A stretch of DNA of 37,089 nt, from the NCBI GenBank assembly GCA_030167865.1, contig JALAGF010004058.1:1-37089 (forward strand), read 5' to 3'. The first letter of the stretch is position 1; every line of letters starts with the position of its first letter. The translations under genes were made by a program, and so were the position numbers. This document shows, one piece after another, positions 31,975 to 37,089 of this stretch. Below the pieces are notes generated by a model that ran no database searches, was not told the origin of the DNA, and saw only the letters and a list, made by a program, of their open reading frames with translations. The DNA is from Craspedostauros australis (taxonomy: Eukaryota).

Positions 31975-34071
31975 ATGTCTACGACCGAAAAGGACGCCAA
32001 CACGCAGCCGCCCGCCAAGAAGCGCGTCATCGTCACACCGCCATGCCCAACGTCCGTGGCCACGGCCTACGTGATCATCCGCGGAGCGCTGCAGGCATTG
32101 GTGGGATGTTCCATGGATGAGGGACTCGTCAGCCTCATGCAGCCCACGTACATCAAGGAGAAGATCCCGTCGGCCAAGTTCTCGCTGCAGCTGGGCAGCA
32201 AGTTCGGTTCCGCGCAGGCTCTGCCGTTGCCGGATTCCAAAGACGATCAGGCCAAGCTGTTTGCCGCGTTGCAGACGGCCATCGATCGTATCGTCGGCGA
32301 GAATGCCGCCATCACCACGTTTCAGATGACGAGGACGGCGGCCATCGAGATGTACGGCAACGGCATCCTCAATCAGGCGCACGCCAAAAAGAAGAAGGGG
32401 AAGAAACCCAAGCAACAAGACGATGAAGGTGCTGCCCCAGAACCTCCCAAGGAAGAAATGCTCACGTTGGCGCACATCGATGGACTCGTGCTGTGCGTGC
32501 CGCCGGCCTTGCCCTTCGCGACCACGAGCGGCGCCATCAAGTCCATTGTGCTGGAGCACAACCAATGCAGCATCGCGGCAGGCAAGAAGGTCAAGCTCGC
32601 CATGGTCAGCGTCAAGTTCCACGTCGAGGAGAGTGACGGCGCGGCCGAGGTTCCCACGGATCACACATCCAAGGACCCCGTCGCGTTGGATGCCATCGAG
32701 GCTCTGCGCAAGAAGGAATGCCGATTGCCGGAGAGCGAGCCTCTCATTCCCAAGCCGGAAGAACCGGCCGCGGAAGCAGAAGCAAAGACAGACGATGCGG
32801 CCGCAGCGGAAGATCAGGAGATGGTCGTCAACGCCTTCGAAGTCAAGGGCAAGATCGATTACACCAAGCTCGTCGATAACTTCGGTTCCACCCTCATCGA
32901 CGACGCCTTGATGAAGCGCATCGAGGCGGCCACCGTCGGCAAGGGGAACGTCGACAAGCTGCATCGCTTCCTCAGACGCGGCATCTTCTTTTCGCACCGC
33001 GACATGACCAGTCTGCTCGATTGCATCGAAGGCAAGGTCATTGACGGCAAGAAGCAAGCGCCGGCACCCATGTATCTGTACACTGGCCGCGGTCCATCGT
33101 CGTCGGCCATGCACCTGGGTCATCTCGTTCCCTTCCTCTTCACAAAGTGGTTGCAGGATGCCTTCGACGTCCCGCTCGTCATCCAGATGACGGACGACGA
33201 GAAGTTCATCTTCAAGGGTGAGTACAACGAAAACACCGGTGACAACCTCAACCACTACGCCAACCTCACCACCGAAAACGCGCGCGACATCATTGCCTGC
33301 GGATTCGATTTCGATAAGACCTTCATCTTCTCCGACCTCGACTATATCGGCACGATGTACCCCAACGTCGTGCGCATCTGGAAGGCCGTCAACACCAGCG
33401 CCGTCAACGGCATCTTCGGTTTCGATCCCAGCTGCAACATCGGGAAGATCGCCTTCCCCGCCATCCAGGCCGCGCCTTCCTTCGCCTCCAGCTTCCCCAC
33501 CGTGCTGGAAACTCCCGAGCCGCGCAACAACAACCAGATCTGCCTCATCCCCTGCGCCATCGATCAGGATCCCTACTTCCGCATGACGCGCGATATCGCC
33601 CACAAGCTCGTCGACAAGACGAAGCACGGTCTGGCCGGCAAGCCCGCCCTCATCCATTCCAAATTCTTCCCGCCGCTGCAGGGCGCCCTCGGCAAGATGA
33701 GCTCCTCCAACGAAAACTCCGCCATCTTCCTCACGGACTCGCCCAAGGACATCGAGCGCAAGATCAAGCAGCATGCCTACTCGGGCGGTCAGGAGACGAA
33801 GGAGATGCAGCAGAAGCACGGCGCCGATCTCGAGCAGGATGTCAGCTACCAATGGTTGCGATTCTTCATGGAAGACGATGACGAGCTCAAGAAGATCGGC
33901 GACTCGTACGGGTCGGGGTCCGGCGATTTCTGGAGCACGGGCACGGTCAAGCAAAAGCTCATCGAGGTGCTGCAGAAGCTCGTCGCGGAGCATCAGGAAC
34001 GGCGGGCCAAGGTCACGGACGCGGAGATTCAGAAGTGGATGACGCAACGAAGTATTCTGGTCAAGAAGTAG
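31975..34071 (+). CDS. WARS1: Cytosolic (eukaryotic-type) tryptophanyl-tRNA synthetase with N-terminal AlaX-like domain
   Basis: Motifs [35 protein letters not shown] (HIGH), [16 protein letters not shown] and KMSSS (KMSKS). Confidence 0.97.
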   Translation: MSTTEKDANTQPPAKKRVIVTPPCPTSVATAYVIIRGALQALVGCSMDEGLVSLMQPTYIKEKIPSAKFSLQLGSKFGSAQALPLPDSKDDQAKLFAALQTAIDRIVGENAAITTFQMTRTAAIEMYGNGILNQAHAKKKKGKKPKQQDDEGAAPEPPKEEMLTLAHIDGLVLCVPPALPFATTSGAIKSIVLEHNQCSIAAGKKVKLAMVSVKFHVEESDGAAEVPTDHTSKDPVALDAIEALRKKECRLPESEPLIPKPEEPAAEAEAKTDDAAAAEDQEMVVNAFEVKGKIDYTKLVDNFGSTLIDDALMKRIEAATVGKGNVDKLHRFLRRGIFFSHRDMTSLLDCIEGKVIDGKKQAPAPMYLYTGRGPSSSAMHLGHLVPFLFTKWLQDAFDVPLVIQMTDDEKFIFKGEYNENTGDNLNHYANLTTENARDIIACGFDFDKTFIFSDLDYIGTMYPNVVRIWKAVNTSAVNGIFGFDPSCNIGKIAFPAIQAAPSFASSFPTVLETPEPRNNNQICLIPCAIDQDPYFRMTRDIAHKLVDKTKHGLAGKPALIHSKFFPPLQGALGKMSSSNENSAIFLTDSPKDIERKIKQHAYSGGQETKEMQQKHGADLEQDVSYQWLRFFMEDDDELKKIGDSYGSGSGDFWSTGTVKQKLIEVLQKLVAEHQERRAKVTDAEIQKWMTQRSILVKK

Positions 34072-34794
34072 AGCAGAATGGTGTTGGAGTGCTACTGCAC
34101 ATTCCATGCAGATAAGTCCATTCCAATAGAACGCAAATTGGCTTCATCTGTCCACGTTTAGGTCTTGCAAGAGTGCATCGCGCAGACGAGGTGCTAATAC
34201 AACTTCTCCTTGCTTTCTACTCATAGTCGTATGTATTGGTAGTTTGTTGTGGCAAGAGAACTGATCCGCAAAGCCTGTGTTCCTGTGCTACGAACAAACA
34301 AGCAAGGGCTGGGCGCACAACTTGTGCAGTTGTAGTCGTTACCGTACCGCGCGAGCAGTATGCCCGCCGACTCAGCTAGGAATGGATGGATGCAATGGAT
34401 ACGTGGGTGCTATCAGAATTAGAGTTGTGCTTGCACCAGAATGCATGCCGCTCCTACCGAGAGGAGTGGCATAGGCGACTTTGCTCGGTTGGAGACATTC
34501 GAGTGCAAGTACCACGGGCACGATGCCCGATGCTTGTCATAGGAATCCCACTATTCATCGTTTCGGTGGTTGATATCTTGTGTTTCGCACGCGTGACATT
34601 CACACACTGGATGATCTGTTGCTGTCCGTCGCATACTTGTAGGCGTGTACCATACGAGTACACTAGAAGGCGCAGAAAGCATCAGAGAAGCTGGCGGCAG
34701 TACCAGTGTTGGTGATGGTGGCACTGCTGTCAGTAGTAACGGTGCCAGTATGCCCGTGTCCGTGTGCGGGTAGGTATAGCACAGGAGCCTCAAA

Positions 34795-36536
34795 TTAGAA
34801 CATACCATCGACTTTTTCGCCGACGCGTCCGAGGTAGGCCCTCAAGTCGATGTGCTCATCAAGATCCATGCCACGCTGGTTGCCGTTGGCCACAAACTTG
34901 TATGGCAGATCCAGGACAGTTCCTGAACGGCAGCAATCCATCTATTGATTACAAATCGAAGTGTAGCAGGTGAAGATGATTAAATGCAAATGCAAGTTCA
35001 AGTTCAAGTGCAAAGACAAGTGTGAGAAGAATGGCTCGACGACTCGACTGTCTTGTGGCCATTCGTGCGAGCACGGTCGGTGGGCATGGTATCGTAGAGT
35101 ATGTATGTAGCAGGATCGTCACAGAGCAAGAACTCGGCAAAGGTATGCGCATCGCACATTGCACGATGAACTCACCAACGAGACGACGTGGACGCCTGGC
35201 TTGACGGCCTTCACGATGACGTCGTACAAGTTGTCATCACGAATGGCGCCCTTCGTAGCAAAGTCAGAGGGGCAGATGAACTCGTCGTTGCCGTCCGCTT
35301 CCTCGTTGGCATCATCATCAGGGGTTGTGCCTCCGTGGCCTTTGTGTCAGGAATGCGGTATGATGACGATGGAAGTTTGTTGCATGTCGATTGGACAGAG
35401 CGATACGATCATGGCAATCAGAAGCAAGCAAGCAGGTACAAGTTGTGAGGAGGTGATTGGTAGTAGATGCAGAGTGTGGGAGGTTGTAGCCGGTAGTAGC
35501 GCAGATGGTTGTCCATCTGGTTGCATTGTGGTCAGATCGAAGCAAAGATAGCTTGGCTGGCTGGCTGACAGGCATGGGTGCGCTCACAGAAACTCACCAG
35601 AGTAACTCAAGAACACGGAATCGCCTGGCTTGGAGTCAGCGATGACCTTCCCGAACGCGTTGACGATGTTCTGCCCGGTTGGATTGGTATGTCTGCCATC
35701 ATCCATCAACATGACGATGTTGGCCTCGGTGAAGCCACAGACGTCCTTGAGGTACTTTTTCTGTGAGATGAGTCATTCCCATGGATGGAAGCGAGCAGTG
35801 GATTGATGGTTGCGTCGAGTCGCGTCATGCCGTGCAGATAGAACATGGGATGCATACACGAGCATAGAATATGTGAATTTGAGATATGGTGAGAGTACAG
35901 TCATGGAAGACCGTTCAAGAAGTCTCCGATGACGGTGTAGCGCAGTGCCACAATCGTCGGCACGGTGCACCATTCGTGAACAATCCAAACTTGGACTGTA
36001 TCCTCCATAATGAAAAGAACCGACACCGATGCACGATCCGGAGAGCGGTATACCACGTGGACTTACCATGTTGAGGGCATCAGTGTGGCATCCGCCAAGC
36101 TGGCTGCGGGTTCCGGGGTAGTTGATGCCGACCAAGACAGCACGGCGGGTCCCGTTGGGGCTTCCAGGAACGAGCTCGAAGTCGGCGTTGACATCGATCG
36201 GGTTGGTTGAAGTGAGTTGAGGGATTTGGACGTAGTTCAAGCGACTGAGGCACTTGCGCATCTCCACGAGCACCTCGGTGTAAGAGAGCGTGGTGGCCGG
36301 GGTCTTGTTGTCCTTGTAAAGGACCTCGAGGAGAGCAGAGGTGCAAGCGCCACCCATGCGCCCCTGCGAGTCGGGAAGATTGAACCCGTCCGTCCAAGTA
36401 TCGGCCGAGTTTTGGGCATCCTCACAGCCAGAGATCATGCGCACGTCCTTGCGGGCGGGAGCGGCTATGAAGTGAGAAAGTTGGGGAATGTCATGTGTGA
36501 TGATCGATACAGTTTGGTAGAGTATTTACCACACAT
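34795..36536 (-). CDS. Type III metacaspase (p10 before p20); exons 36536-36530 (tentative), 36464-36067, 35760-35598, 35339-35176, 34941-34795
   Basis: p10 motifs ISGCED.Q.SAD, GGACTSALL and QIPQL precede p20 motifs RRAVLVGINY..LGGC, SYSGHG (catalytic His), DEFICPSDF and MDCCRSGTVLDLPY (catalytic Cys). Internal introns are GT-AG with matching phases. The first exon and the C-terminus (GMF*) are less certain. Confidence 0.9.
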
Positions 36537-36855
36537 ATGAGGCGCATGGTGCCGTCGTCGTGTTTGGGGATTGCGTGTGTGTGGAACGGCACGATTTCAA
36601 GTCGTAGACATGTGAGCAAAGCAGTGATCGTCGTTGTAGTAATTGGAGTGACCAAATGGGATGAATGGACCAGAAATGCTGTCGAGACAGACGGATTATT
36701 TTGGAAAATGTGGGACTGGGTTCGGTCGTCCAAAATGAGAATCTTGGATCCGTCATTTGGCGAATGTGTGATTGATCGTGACTCTAAGTAGAAAATAATG
36801 GAGAGCTCGGAAGAACATGGAAAATTGAGATATGGGACCAAAATACGACTGACCA

Positions 36856-36918
36856 AGATCACATGATGAGATTCGAAGATCACATGATGAGATTCGGAGA
36901 TCACATGATGAGATTCAG
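36856..36918. repeat. 21-bp tandem repeat x3 upstream of the metacaspase
   Basis: AGATCACATGATGAGATTCRR repeated three times. Confidence 0.9.
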
Positions 36919-37089
36919 AGCCCATGTGATAGAGTCTGATGACTATGTTATGTGACCTATCAACCATGTGTGAGAAACGAGCAACCATGCATGAGAAACA
37001 AGCATATCACCAAGAGGCAAGACATCCAATCGTGCAGAAATATGAAGGCATGCCACTACACGGTGAACTGAGTAGAAATTGAAGAATGA

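Noticed and set aside
31900-34107. 735-aa minus-strand ORF (likewise 18714-20468, 59-829, 7278-8189, 16837-17991)
   Set aside because: Antisense shadows of real genes caused by codon bias; no recognisable motifs.
36856-36918. CRISPR-like array
   Set aside because: Contiguous tandem units without spacers, eukaryotic context, no cas genes.

Overview
Eukaryotic nuclear DNA, almost certainly from a diatom. Support: GT-AG introns, several bipartite signal-plus-'ASAF'-type plastid presequences, a p10-before-p20 (type III) metacaspase and a silaffin-like KxxK protein. About 14 protein-coding genes are supported: a plastid-targeted TauD-family Fe/2OG dioxygenase (missed by the ORF track, runs off the left edge), NatB auxiliary subunit NAA25, a silaffin/mucin-like secreted protein, two duplicated 32-Cys secreted proteins, a membrane-anchored GH5-like protein apparently lacking catalytic Glu, a Ser-rich hypothetical, a YaeQ-like protein, a glycosyltransferase-like type II membrane protein, a divergent pair of plastid proteins (VTE7-like alpha/beta hydrolase and HopJ-domain protein), a RING-H2/coiled-coil E3, an AlaX-TrpRS fusion and the metacaspase. 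The most unusual part is ~9.9-18 kb. There a ~1.9 kb duplicated unit shows a nearly identical proximal promoter, an invariant disulfide scaffold and hypervariable fixed-length loops. The two copies are separated by ~4.3 kb of decayed mobile DNA containing a non-LTR retrotransposon 3' fragment and a minimal hammerhead-ribozyme core. All family assignments come from motif recognition by eye; no searches were run.
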